Assembly: GCA_016748015.1 (NCBI GenBank)
Contig: JAAOMT010000591.1
Span: 729,050-793,049 of the forward strand
DNA length: 64,000 nucleotides
Source: Geosiphon pyriformis uo1
Taxonomy: Eukaryota > Fungi > Glomeromycota
Reading direction: 5' to 3'
Of the stretch, positions 12,700 through 23,962 are shown in pieces. The translations under genes were made by a program, and so were the position numbers. Positions within the stretch are counted from its first letter, which is position 1; every line of letters starts with the position of its first letter. Under the pieces are notes generated by a model, which saw only the letters and a list, made by a program, of their open reading frames with translations, did not search any database and was not told the origin of the DNA.

Positions 12700-14523
12700 T
12701 TTATATTGATTTCCCGATTGTTGGTTATTTAAATAATGGTGACAATTGATTTGTAGGTGTTCTTGTTTACCACAATAGTGGCAAATATGCATTTCCTGTT
12801 GCCACTGTTGATTGGTCAACAATGATAGATATAATTAATTCTGGAAACAATTTATGTTTCCAGAATTAGTGTGTTATTGTGGTGGTTAATAAATTGCATG
12901 ATTGTCAACTAAGTATCCTTCTAATTTCTGATTGATAGAATCACTAAATTGTTTCAATTTGGAATTCAATTCAGATGATCTATTTATTACTAAATTAATG
13001 GCTTAAGCATGATTAGCTTCAAGTTCAGTGGCTTCAAAATCTTGGGCATTTGTGACAGCTGCTTGCAAGTCGATAGGATGCATTGGACATACGTGTTACA
13101 AGATGCTACTGTGTAATCCATGAATAAACTGATTTAGAATCTGGGCTACTGTGAAATAATTGGTGTTAATGGCTTGAATCTGACACAAATTTTTGTGGAA
13201 GTGTCCTAAGTAAGTGGTGACTGCTTCATTCTCTCCTTACTTGATGGTGGTGAAAGTGTTGACTAGGCAATTAATACTGTTATTATTACTGAAATATCCC
13301 AGGAATGCAATCTTGAATTCCTGAAATGTCTGAGATTTGGTGACTAGACTTTGATACCACAAGTCGGTGGTATTTTGTAAGAAATAGGGAATGGCTTGGA
13401 GTGCTTTCATGTCATTCTATCCGTTGGCTGTAATGATCTTTTCAACATCATTAAACCAGATCTGAACATCATCTTCTTTGCCAGTGAATTTCTCCAGTTT
13501 CACTATTGGAGTGTAGGCTATTGGGTCTAAGTTTAGTTGTTGAAGTTATTGTTGTGACTGTGGAAGTGGCTGCTGTGGTTGTTGAGGTGGTTGTAGTGAC
13601 TGTTGTTGCTGTTCATCAATTAGTGGAGCTGAAAATGGATTGATCACAATTACTAGAGGTAAATGTTGTTGATTATTAATATCAAGGTTTTGATCATTTT
13701 GATTGTGCTGCATTTGAAAATTTGGAGTTTCAATTTCTGGATTTTCTGAATTTAGATTTTGCTGAGTCTGAAAGTTTGGTGTTCTAATGTCTGGGTTTTC
13801 TGGGATCGGGTTCTGGTAAGTAAATTTTTGATCTTCAGATTTTTTTTCTTCTTTTTTCTGTTTTTCTTCCAATTCTGTTATTTCCCAGGGACTTGTGATT
13901 CTGAAATCTGGCTAAAGTGGCAGTAATCAAAATTCTAATGGCATTGGCAATTGCAATTTAAATCCTTCAAAATAATCACCATATGGTCCTAATAACTCTG
14001 CTTTTTGTTGTTTACTTTGAAATGGGAAGCATCCAAAGATTGATGTCTCATTTAATATGAATTTGTCTGTTGATAAGATGTTGATAGCACTTTCAGGCAT
14101 ATAATAATATGATAGATTGGTGGGTAATTCAACTTGGGTTTTCTTCCAATTGGGTGGTTGTATTTGTTTTGGTGTTACTGCTGGGGTTTGCAATTTTTCT
14201 TTGCCTTTATCTGCATAGGTGATGAGGAATTGTTGTTGTGTATACCTTTTAATGATTTGATTGATTTCCCTAATAATTGATGCAAAGCTGTAGTTTCTTG
14301 ATAAGCTGGTATGTTGAAATAATTCTGTATAGAAGTTTTTCTTTGCTGATTCAATATTAACTGTTCCTCCTAAGCAATCTATTATTTTATTGTTAACATA
14401 ACAGTTAAAGACTGATTTTGCTGGAAAATGATTATTGTTCAATCCTAATTGTTGACTGTACTGTTGAAATAAGGATTTGGCAAATCCTAAATAGTTTGTT
14501 TCTATGATTTCTGATTCTGCCAC
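12700..14523 (-). pseudogene. Family B gag: long N-terminal extension, Q/P-rich linker, capsid-like region, CCHC knuckle
   Basis: KLEKFTGKEDDVQIWF capsid-like motif; CHYCGKQEHLQINC knuckle at ~12740-12785. Confidence 0.8.
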
Positions 14524-14566
14524 TTTTGGATGATTGTTGATGATGCTGGTTTTCTGTAGAATTATA

Positions 14567-14583
14567 CCTCACAAAGAGCACCA
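14567..14583 (-). promoter_or_regulatory. Primer-binding site TGGTGCTCTTTGTGAGG (tRNA 3' end complement; elongator Met or Ile-like, tentative)
   Basis: Begins TGG 2 nt after the 5' LTR. Confidence 0.8.
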
Positions 14584-14585
14584 AA

Positions 14586-15479
14586 TGTTATGAGTGATTA
14601 TTTGGGGTCTTAAATCAAATAACAAATCTGTAACTTGGTGCTTAGTATCTACTCTGATGGATGATGGTGGTAATATTGGTACGTTGTCTTTATCTGAAAG
14701 TTTTGATTAAAAGTTTTTTGTATAATGAACAGAGATTTAATAATGATGTAATTGGTTGGTGAGTTGTGTTCCCAATTTCTGTTTTTAGCTTGGTGGCTGG
14801 TTTATTTTGGCAGTTGTGCTCTTCTAGTAAACTATCCGTTAATATATATATAATTTTACCCTTATTTCTGGGTCTTTTACCAGACTATCCATGACGTTAA
14901 TTACTCAGCACTTTAATTTCTTAATCAGTTAGTATACAACAATAAAATCAAGAAAAAAAATAAAAGAAAATAAAAAAATGAGCCAAGACAATGTGCAAGT
15001 TAGTATCTGTCAATAGCCATGATCAAGAGCTATTGTTCCAGTGTGGTTAAGTATCACTTACTATTAACATAAAGTGTTGATAGTGGAGAGTGGATTGAAA
15101 TGGTAAATAATTATTTATTAATATTTGTAAATAAAAAATTGCTTAGATGAAATCTAAACTAAGAGGTCTCTAATACAAGAATTCTGCTTTTTTTATTTCT
15201 AACGTTATTACTATATATACATATTTGATGTTTTACAAGATTGCTCACATTCTCGAGTGATGTGCTATGATTTTTTGAGCAATGTGCCCTAATTTTCTAA
15301 TATTGCTCCATATTGCTGAGCAATGTGCTGTGTTTTCTGACATTGCTCTATATTATTGAGCAATGTGCTGTGATTTCTGTCATTGCTTTCCATTGTTGAG
15401 CAATGTGCTCATGTGCTAAATACTATTCACTTATTGGTCCATTATTTTCTCTCTATCTGTTTTCTTTTTATGAGTAACA
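14586..15479 (-). repeat. Family B 5' LTR
   Basis: Repeat of 5334-6206, adjacent to the PBS. Confidence 0.93.
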
Positions 15480-18400
15480 TTGCTAAACATTTTCTTGAAG
15501 CAATTGGCAAAAAGAATGATGAGCCTTCTACAAGACCAATGACCAATGTACATGGTAACAAGAAAAAAAGCCTGGGCATAGCCAAAACTATTCCTGTCTG
15601 CATTAATGATATCAGCATTGAAACAGATATAGAAGTATCTGAAGCAAAAGAGTACACCATCATTGTTGGTAATAAATGGCTTAAGAAAGCCAAAGCACTA
15701 CTTGACTATGAACTTTGTAAGCTAACCATCAGATGTAGTAAAAAACCCATTATAGTTAAATGCTGACATTGGACAACCTCTCTAGTACCCAAGCAGAACT
15801 AAGAAAAAGAACAATTAGATGAATCAAATAATAATGAAAGCAATGATAAAGAAGATTAAGAAGAATCAGAAGAAACTACTGAACTCACTTATACCATCTT
15901 TACCAACAATAGCAAGCCACTGAACAATGTTAAAGCTGACAAAGAAGAAATTATGGTAAATGGCAAGCTGATCTGCTGGCCCTACTATGATATTCTCAGA
16001 AAAACCTTTGACAGAAAACCTGGCAAGAAAGCAAAATACAGTTATTGGTAATATGGTCTTTGTGCATAGTGCTGGTGTAATAAACCTTTGTATTTACCAA
16101 GTGATGAATGCAAATCCTGTCTAATCTATTACAAAGATTGGAAACCAATTAGCTTAATACTTCAAGAAAAACTTAAAGAGGTACAAAAGTTCTTTGAGAA
16201 TGAACCACCTAAAATTTAATCATTAGTTATAGAACAAAAAGAACCTTTTCCTAAAGAAAGAAAAGTGGACATTGAAAATCTGTTGGCTAGAAATAATCTA
16301 GTTATCTCAAAAGAAAATGATATCCCTGGATGAACCCATGTGATACAACACACCATTACTACCAAAGAAACTTGTCCCATTCATTTGAAGTCTTATCAAT
16401 CCAATCGACATAATGATGAGTTTATCAAGAAAGAAATAAACCAGATGAAAGATCTTGTATTTATACAAGAAACCAAGAGTGAATGGGTTTTTCCGGTTGT
16501 AGTAATATCCAAGAAAGATAGAACCCTACACTTCTGTGTTGACTATTGCTAACTAAATGCCATCACTATAAGAGACATGTACCCACTTCCCAAAATTGAT
16601 GCAATGCTAGATAAATTCAATAGTGCTGCTTTCTTCTCAACCATTGACTTAACTGCTGGATTCTGGCAAGTAGAGATGGATCCAGAAAGCAGAAAGAAAA
16701 CTGCCTTCATTACCAAGTATAGTACTTATAAATTTACTGTCATGCCTTTTGGTCTCATCAATGCTCCTTCCATCTTTTAATGCCTGATGGACAAAGTATT
16801 TGAATCAGTAAAAAAAAACTTTGTTCTGGTCTACTTAGATGACATAATAGTCTACTCAAAAACCTGGAATGAACACCTTAAACATTTACAAAAAGTTTTT
16901 GACCTGCTCAGAAATGCTGGCCTCAAGATAAATCCAATCAAATCTTTCTTTGGACACCAATCCACTCAGTTCCTTGGTTATCTTGTTACAAAAGATGGAA
17001 TCTTCCCTGACCCAATTAAAGTTTAAAAAGTTCAAAACATTAGACAACCAATGAATGTTTCTGAACTACACTCTTTCTTTGGTTTGGTCTCTTACTATCA
17101 CAAATTTATCAAGAATTTTTCCAAAATTGCCTTTCCTCTTAATCAGCTACTCTGGAAAAATGTCAATTATTACTGGGGCACTCATCAACAAAAGCTTTTG
17201 AAATTCTGAAGGAAAAACTTGTTACTGAATCAATTCTCAAACAACCTGATCTGGACCAACCTTTTATCCTCCACACTGATACATCTGGCTATGGACTTGG
17301 TGCTGTTCTTTTACAGAAAGATGAAAATGGCAGAGAATATGCCATAGCATATGCTGATAGATCTTTCACACCAGTAGAAAAAAACTATTCAGTTACTGAA
17401 CAAGAATGTTTAGCAGTAGTTTGGGCTACTAGCTACTAGGATCAATATTTTCTTGGTGCAAAATTCTTAGTAGTAACAGATCATTAAGCCTTGGTTTGGC
17501 TGCACAAGAAAAAAAAGCTGGAACACAAATGAATAACTCACTGGATACTCCACTTAGATAAATTTGACTATGATATTTAACACTGTAAAAAAGCAAATCA
17601 TCAAAATACAAATACTTTCTTTAGACTTACCATCCAGTAATAGTACAACCTCTCAAACCAAACCAACTTAATTATTAGTAACTCCTTTACAAACAAACAC
17701 AATAATGAACTTGGACAACTACTCTGCCTTAATAAAATTTTTGAGTAAAAAACAATACTCACCAGAATACACTTGACAGCAAAGAGAACATTTGCACAAA
17801 TAATCAAATTTCTATTTGATCTGCCAGAACCAATTATACAAAAGAAACAGAAAAAATCCTAACTGCCCCCAGAGAGTCATCAGATTTGAAAAAAGAGAAA
17901 TTATAATATACAATATGCATACTGACCCATTAGCTGGACACTTTGGAAAAACAAAAACAATTCAGAAAACTTTAGCTCACTATTATTGGCCTACTTTGGA
18001 AAAAAATATTGCTGAATACATTAAAACTTGTGACATCTGCCAAAGAAGAGGCAAATCCAATCACAAAGAAAATATCCATCCAATCTCTGTTGGTCAACCA
18101 TTTGACAGAATTGGTATAGATGTTGTTGGACTTTTAACAATAACTCTTGATGGCAACAGATACATTATTACAGCTACCAACTATCTTACAAAGTGGGTAG
18201 AAGCAAGAGCCACTCCAAATCAAACAGCAGTCTTAATAGCCAATTTTATTTATAAAGATATTATCTGCCATCATAACTGTCCCAAAAAACTTTTATTTAA
18301 TAGAGAAAGAGCTTTTCTCAGTACACTGGTTGAAGAACTTTGCAGAAAAATGGGAATACATCATAAACTTTCCTCTCCTTATTACTCCCAAACAAATGGC

Positions 18401-19059
18401 TTAGTAGAACATTTCAATAGAACACTATGTGAAACCCTAACCAAAACCAGTAAAGAAACAAACTTATAGAACAAAATACTGTCTTCAGCTTTGTTTGCTT
18501 ATAAAACTGTGAATCATGACATAACAAGTTATGAACCTTTTTATCTGCTTTATAGATGCATGGCAACACTACCAATAGAAACTAACATTGAAACAATACC
18601 TTTTGAAGAGATTACAATAGGAAATTACAAAGACATTTTGCAAAAAAAACTTGGTACCATTCTTGACTCCTTGGTAGAAGCATGAATAATTGCTTTTAAA
18701 AAGATAAAACAGTTCCAAGAAAAGCTTAAAAGAAAGAAAACCTATAAAACATTTTCTTTAAGTGTTGATGATTTGGTATTGGAATACCATTCAAATAGAG
18801 ACAATGTTTATGGTAATAAATTCTCTAGCCAGTAGAAAGGATCCTTTATAGTCAACAAAGTTTTGAACAATGGTTTTTATATTCTTCAAGATCAATCTGA
18901 AACAATCTTCAATGATTGTTCTGTTCATGGTACATGACTTAAGAAATATTATAAACGACCTGATTGGCTGCCTGTTGTGGTAATACTGACTCAAATGATT
19001 AGCAAAAATCAAGTATAAATAAATACACCATTCCCAAAACAGAGGTATTTTCAATTGAC

Positions 19060-19716
19060 ATGAACAATTATTTTCTGGATCAAACCATTCAAAACACTTT
19101 CTATACTTTTCATGAGTATTAGATCAAAAACTATCCAAATGCTACTCTGACCATTGGAAAACAAACCACCATAACTGATAACAGTGAAACACATACTATT
19201 ATTAGACCAAAAAAAACCACTACCAGAAGAAAAAGAATTGGTAGTAAAATATATAAATATCTGTTAAAAAGTATAACAGCAGCTATACTTTCATCTTCCA
19301 ACACAATTGGAAAAACACTTCAAGAAATCTTACCCATAGACAAAAACTTGTCATATGAAAGGCAATTAGAACTCTATGGTCACCTTAGTGAAATCATAGA
19401 GGATATGAAACTCATGAAGAAAACAACTTCAGAGATACAAACAGAAATTTTGGGCATTATACAATTAGATGTCCCAAGAGTTTTAACTATTGCTAAAAAA
19501 ACCAAAACTTTAATACAAAGATTTGGTCTTCTGGATACAAAACTCATTTTACTTTAAGTGTTATATACCTTATCCACAAAAGATTTCAACAAACTAGTTA
19601 GCTTTGAGTTAGATAAAACTCTTCCAATAGATTACACCATAAATAGCTTGATTTCACCAGAGCTCAATCTCTTTGGAGAGAATGATGTTATGGTTGAAAC
19701 TTATACTTCTTATTAA
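19060..19716 (+). pseudogene. Family A ORF3 (218 codons, unknown function), reads through the PPT into the LTR
   Basis: ATG 19060 (MNNYFLDQ) to TAA 19714-19716 in one frame with two internal stops. Also at ~2859-3514(-), 1842-2161(-) and ~29341-29997(+). Confidence 0.8.
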
Positions 19717-20363
19717 TTATCACATGTATTAGCCACTGATGTCACATAAATTAGCCACTCTATTTTTAATAAGTGATCATTAATCTGATTATTGATCTGA
19801 TTATTGACCTAGTCATTGACCTGATCATTGACCACTTTTAACAGCTATATAAGTGATGAATCTCTTAGCTGTAGAAAGGCATGTAAGAATCAAAGAAATA
19901 AAGAAATAAAATAACAACTTCATCTCAATCCTTCTCTTATTGCTAATTTCTCTTTCTTTACCTTCAAGTATCTGAACATTTTAAAGATAAAAGACTACTT
20001 GTTGGCATTTATCTATCCTTTTCCTGAAATATGTAATTGTAGCATTTGAAGACTATTGAATAAAACGTGACTGAAAAGTACATTTGATACCTGATATTAA
20101 ATTCTAAGAATGCTAATGTGAAGCATAGAATTATACTAGACGTGATCAATTGTTAACAGTATGGACTATCCTTCTACCTTCAGATTCCCCAGTTATCTTT
20201 TGAAAAGTATAGCAACTGAGATATTTTATAAGACTGATCTCGTACATTGAATTTCTACTCATTCAATTCGCTCTTTGAAGTTGAATTCTCTTTGATTATT
20301 TCCATTACCCTACAATCCTGTTCTCCCTTGCTATCCATTAGCTTGTTACTTTAACCTGTAACA
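19686..20363 (+). repeat. Family A 3' LTR
   Basis: TGTTA...TAACA after PPT GGAGAGAATGA. Confidence 0.88.
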
Positions 20364-21080
20364 CTACTATTATTATGGATGAATGCAGGAACATTGATGC
20401 AGTCCAATGTAAAACATTGGGGATGCACAAGATAAATAACCAAATACTAGATGATTTGGAAACAATACAAAGAGATTCTATTTACATTCAAATTCCTGAC
20501 ACTTTGTTGTCACAATAGAGAAGTGTATGAGCAAAGTTAAGACTCAGAAAGGTAATAAAAATATCAACAGATGGTTCACTGATAAAAGCTGGTTTTGAGA
20601 ATGCTAGAGGAGCAGCTGCTTTTGTGACATATAAGATAGCAGCCAAATTTGATATAGCAGTTAATAGAACATTATCATCAACAAAAACTGAGGCAAAAGC
20701 TGTATTATTGGCTTTGAAGGCAGTGCTTTACAAATGCAAACTGATATTAAACACAGATAGTTAAGCAATAATGTCAACAGTTCAGAGATAATTGTTCAAA
20801 GATTCTCTCTTGTCTATTAGAAATTGGCTCAAAACTCTTAACTGGTGCATATAAAATGCAATTAAAGCAGTAATAAGTGAAAAAAGAATTGATTTCACCA
20901 TAAACAAAATGGTTGTACACACTAGAATATCTGAGAATGAGATGACTAATACATTAGCCAAAGAAACTACTAATCTTGACACAATAAGATAGATCTACAA
21001 TACCAAAAATTTTAGCTATATTTCTTTTTGTAAAGGAGTAGATTTGGACTTAAATAATGCTAGATAAATTCAATAATACT
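20364..21080 (+). pseudogene. LINE ORF2 fragment with RNase H domain
   Basis: ISTDGSL...SSTKTEAKAVLLAL...LNTDS...H..I.ENEMTNTLAK. Confidence 0.75.
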
Positions 21081-21084
21081 AAGC

Positions 21085-23090
21085 ATACTCATACTTTTTC
21101 TCTCCTAATTTTCATGACCACAACTAAAGCTAAGAGTAAAAAAGTTTCAAATATTACTTTTTCTATAGTAACTAATAAAGTTTTAACATGAAAGGATTTC
21201 TTTGTTATTGAAGCAGCTAGACAAAACTTTCTGGCTACATTTTCTTTAAAAAATCTTAATGAAAAGCTGTCTTTAGTAGCTTTTAATTTATTTTCTTTGC
21301 CTTTGGCTGGTGGTTCTTTTCCAGTCAAAGTTCTTTCTAAAAGACACACTTGGGTTAGTCCCAGTGTAGTCTTCACTACTTCTAAAAGCCCAAAGATTTT
21401 TAATAACAGACCAGTCAACAAGTTGGTCTTTCCTGCTCTCACAACTTCCACTAATACTACTACTACTACTTTAGCTTCATGAATGGCTGTAAAAGCAAAA
21501 AATTCAAAAAAACAGCAGCAGGCAGTTGCAACGACTATGGTCACACCAAACTTTTTCATGGTTCCAAATGAGATCTTGGATAACATCTCCACAGCAGCAG
21601 TCAGCACTCTTTTTAATATGGATGGCAATAGTAATGACTTAACTTCTAATATAAAACAAGATCAATTACTGGCTGTGTTGTCTGATGTAGTGATCTCCAG
21701 ATTTTCTCCTGCTATGGAAGCAAAACAGTTCATTATTTCAGATAATCTTAAAGATTGGACTGATCAGATAGAAATAAAATTATCTACTCCTTTCCCAGTT
21801 TCTGGTGTTGCTAATGGAAATACTTGGGTGAATGTAAATGGTCGACAAAAGTCCTCTGGGTGGGTGGCTTCTACTCTTGTGCCTAATGTCACATTCAAGA
21901 TCAAGATGGCTCTTCTTAGTTCTTTGTTTCAGTTTCTGCCTGGTTGTATTGGGCTTAAGTCAGTTTTATGAGATGCTGTTAAGTTGTTTTGTGTGGAATT
22001 TGTATTTCAAGAGAATTTAACTGGTGCCACCAAAGTGGCCATTGGGAATAAGGTTTTCTTGACCACTCTTAAGATTGCACAGTCTTCTGGTGTGGCCTCT
22101 GTTTCTTCCTCTTTTTTGTTAATTGCACTTCATGATATATCTTTGGGTACTTCTTCTGATGACATCAAATCTGCTCTTGGCATTTTTGGTGTTGTCACTT
22201 CTGTTAAGTTGAAGCCTGCTGGCTTATGGCAATATGCTGTAGTTCATTTCAAAGACATTTCTTTTGCTGCTGCTGCTCTTACTTACTGGTCTGTGTTAGT
22301 TAACCAAAGAGAAATTATTACCTTAAAAGATGCTTTTAAAGCCAAGTTGATTAATCTTCTTTTTGGCTGTACTGCCTTTGAGATTAGTGATTTGGTCTCT
22401 CAAATTGGTGGCTGTACCTGTTTTATTTCTCACTCTCCTAAGTCATACTGATATCAACATTTTGCTGTGATTATCTTTAATTTTTTGGAATCTTTGAACA
22501 TTGCTGTTTTAAAAACTGGTATCTTATGTGGCTGCCACATCTGGTGGGAAACTCCTGGATGTTGCCACTGCTATAAATGTCAAGGTTTGGATCATTTGGC
22601 TTTAAAGTACAAGATGTTACCACCTCTTCCTCCCAAAGTCTTTTTCAATTTCTCTGGTGGTCCCAAAGTTTTCAAATTCTCATTTGCTGAATCCAGATTT
22701 TATGCCAAAGCTGCTGCCATTGTGATTCCTCCTGTTGTTGCTGCTGCTAATACAAACTTGAATCTTGGTGGTCCTCCCCCCCAACTACAACACTCATGTT
22801 GCCTGCTGCTTCTTCTGCTTTCAATATTGCTGTTAAAGCTAGGTTGGCTTCTCTGAAATCCCATCTTAGTGAACTGTCTTTGCTGATAAAATCTTTGGTT
22901 GAGCCTGTTGGTGCTCTGGTTGTTTTAGTTACCAAATTGTTGTCTATTCCATCTGCTATAGATGTGTTAATTAAGAAAAGTGTGGCTGAATTTGCTGAGC
23001 AGAATAAAGACTTGGCTGTTGTTGCTATAATAATGCAAAAGAAAATAACATGTCTGGAAAAGAAGTGTGAATGGGCCTGCTTGGAAGATG
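21085..23090 (+). mobile_element. ORF1-only retroposon, copy 2 (3'-truncated by gypsy gag)
   Basis: Start at 21114 (MTTTKAKSKK); SKRHTWVSPSV, RRM segments and CYKCQGLDHLA; colinear with 52309-54435. Confidence 0.8.
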
Positions 23091-23370
23091 CAAAAAAGCA
23101 ATAGAAATATCAACAAATAGCTTACTAGTAAAAGCTGGTTTTGAGATGCATAAAATTAGAAAGAAAAACCCAAGATTCTAGTGAAGTTATAACTAAGTAT
23201 GTCAAAGCAATCAGAAAGTTAATCAAGTAAGTAGACTCTAAAAGGAACTGGACAGAAAAGCAAAAGATTTATTTCTTTACAAAAGGATTGAAAACTGATT
23301 TTTTCTATGCTCTTTGGCCCCTCCTGGCTCTAAAAAATAATTCCACAATAGATATGACTATTGAACTTGC

Positions 23371-23962
23371 TGTTACCGGAAGATTTTTACACTTTTCAAT
23401 ACAAAAATTACAACACATACAATAGAAATTAACATCAAAATCATGTGAAAAAGGCCTACATCATCACACTTAATCAACAAAATCAGCTGGCAATTTGGAA
23501 ATAAATGATCAGCAATTAATCTAATTACAACAAAGAAATATGGCACAATCCAACAGTTTAACTAAGTTGGATATAAAGAAATCTTGGCAAACTAAGAAAC
23601 ACCAATGGAAATGATTGATTGATGCATGTAATCAGATAACAACAGGTTTTGTTATGCTCCAAAATTCTCATATGCCCTTATTAGAACAATCTAACATTTC
23701 AGATCTGCAATCAATGGTTAAAAGTAGTTACCAAGAAATGTAATCAATTGATCTACTTCTGATTATGTTGATCATAATCACAATTGGTATTATTGATTGA
23801 CAATTAATGTTCTAGATCCAGCCATCTAAATCTGATCATCTAAAAATCATTAGCTCTGAGAAAATAACATGCCAAATAAGCTTATCATAAATTGATTAAT
23901 TAAATGTATATAAATAATTGATGTATTTTAAATAGTTCTAATATAGTATGTAGATCTGATGT
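23371..23962 (+). repeat. Left part of a ~1.4-kb solo LTR (family C)
   Basis: Starts TGTTACC after TTGC; non-coding. Confidence 0.7.

Larger units (their letters stand above)
5334..15479 (-). mobile_element. Full-length Ty3/gypsy family B (~10.1 kb): gag-PR-Cys-rich-dUTPase-RT-RH-IN-ORF3, many premature stops
   Basis: Paired LTRs TGTTA...TAACA; 4-bp TSD TTGC (5330-5333 and 15480-15483); PBS, PPT and pol domains in gypsy order. Confidence 0.95.
4856..20363 (+). mobile_element. Ty3/gypsy family A copy (gag C-term, PR, RT, RNase H, IN, ORF3, 3' LTR), interrupted in PR by family B
   Basis: PR reads SVI|AKHFLEA across the insertion. RT motifs FCVDY, YPLPKID, VMPFGL, YLDD (16340-17026); IN 17816-18469. 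Confidence 0.92.

Noticed and set aside
18780-19017. Chromodomain at the integrase C-terminus
   Set aside because: Only a GPF/SH3-like tail is seen before the stop.
19060-19716. env gene
   Set aside because: Too short, with no signal peptide, TM segment or cleavage motif visible.
2158-20367. CTAC flanking inverted LTRs as the TSD of an 18-kb composite element
   Set aside because: The outer flanks do not rejoin (left is family A ORF3, right is LINE RNase H); a 4-bp match is plausible by chance.
21089-21628. Antisense ORFs over retroelements (also 53936-54583, 3231-3443, 15442-15693)
   Set aside because: Shadow frames of the sense-strand coding sequence, with no independent motifs.
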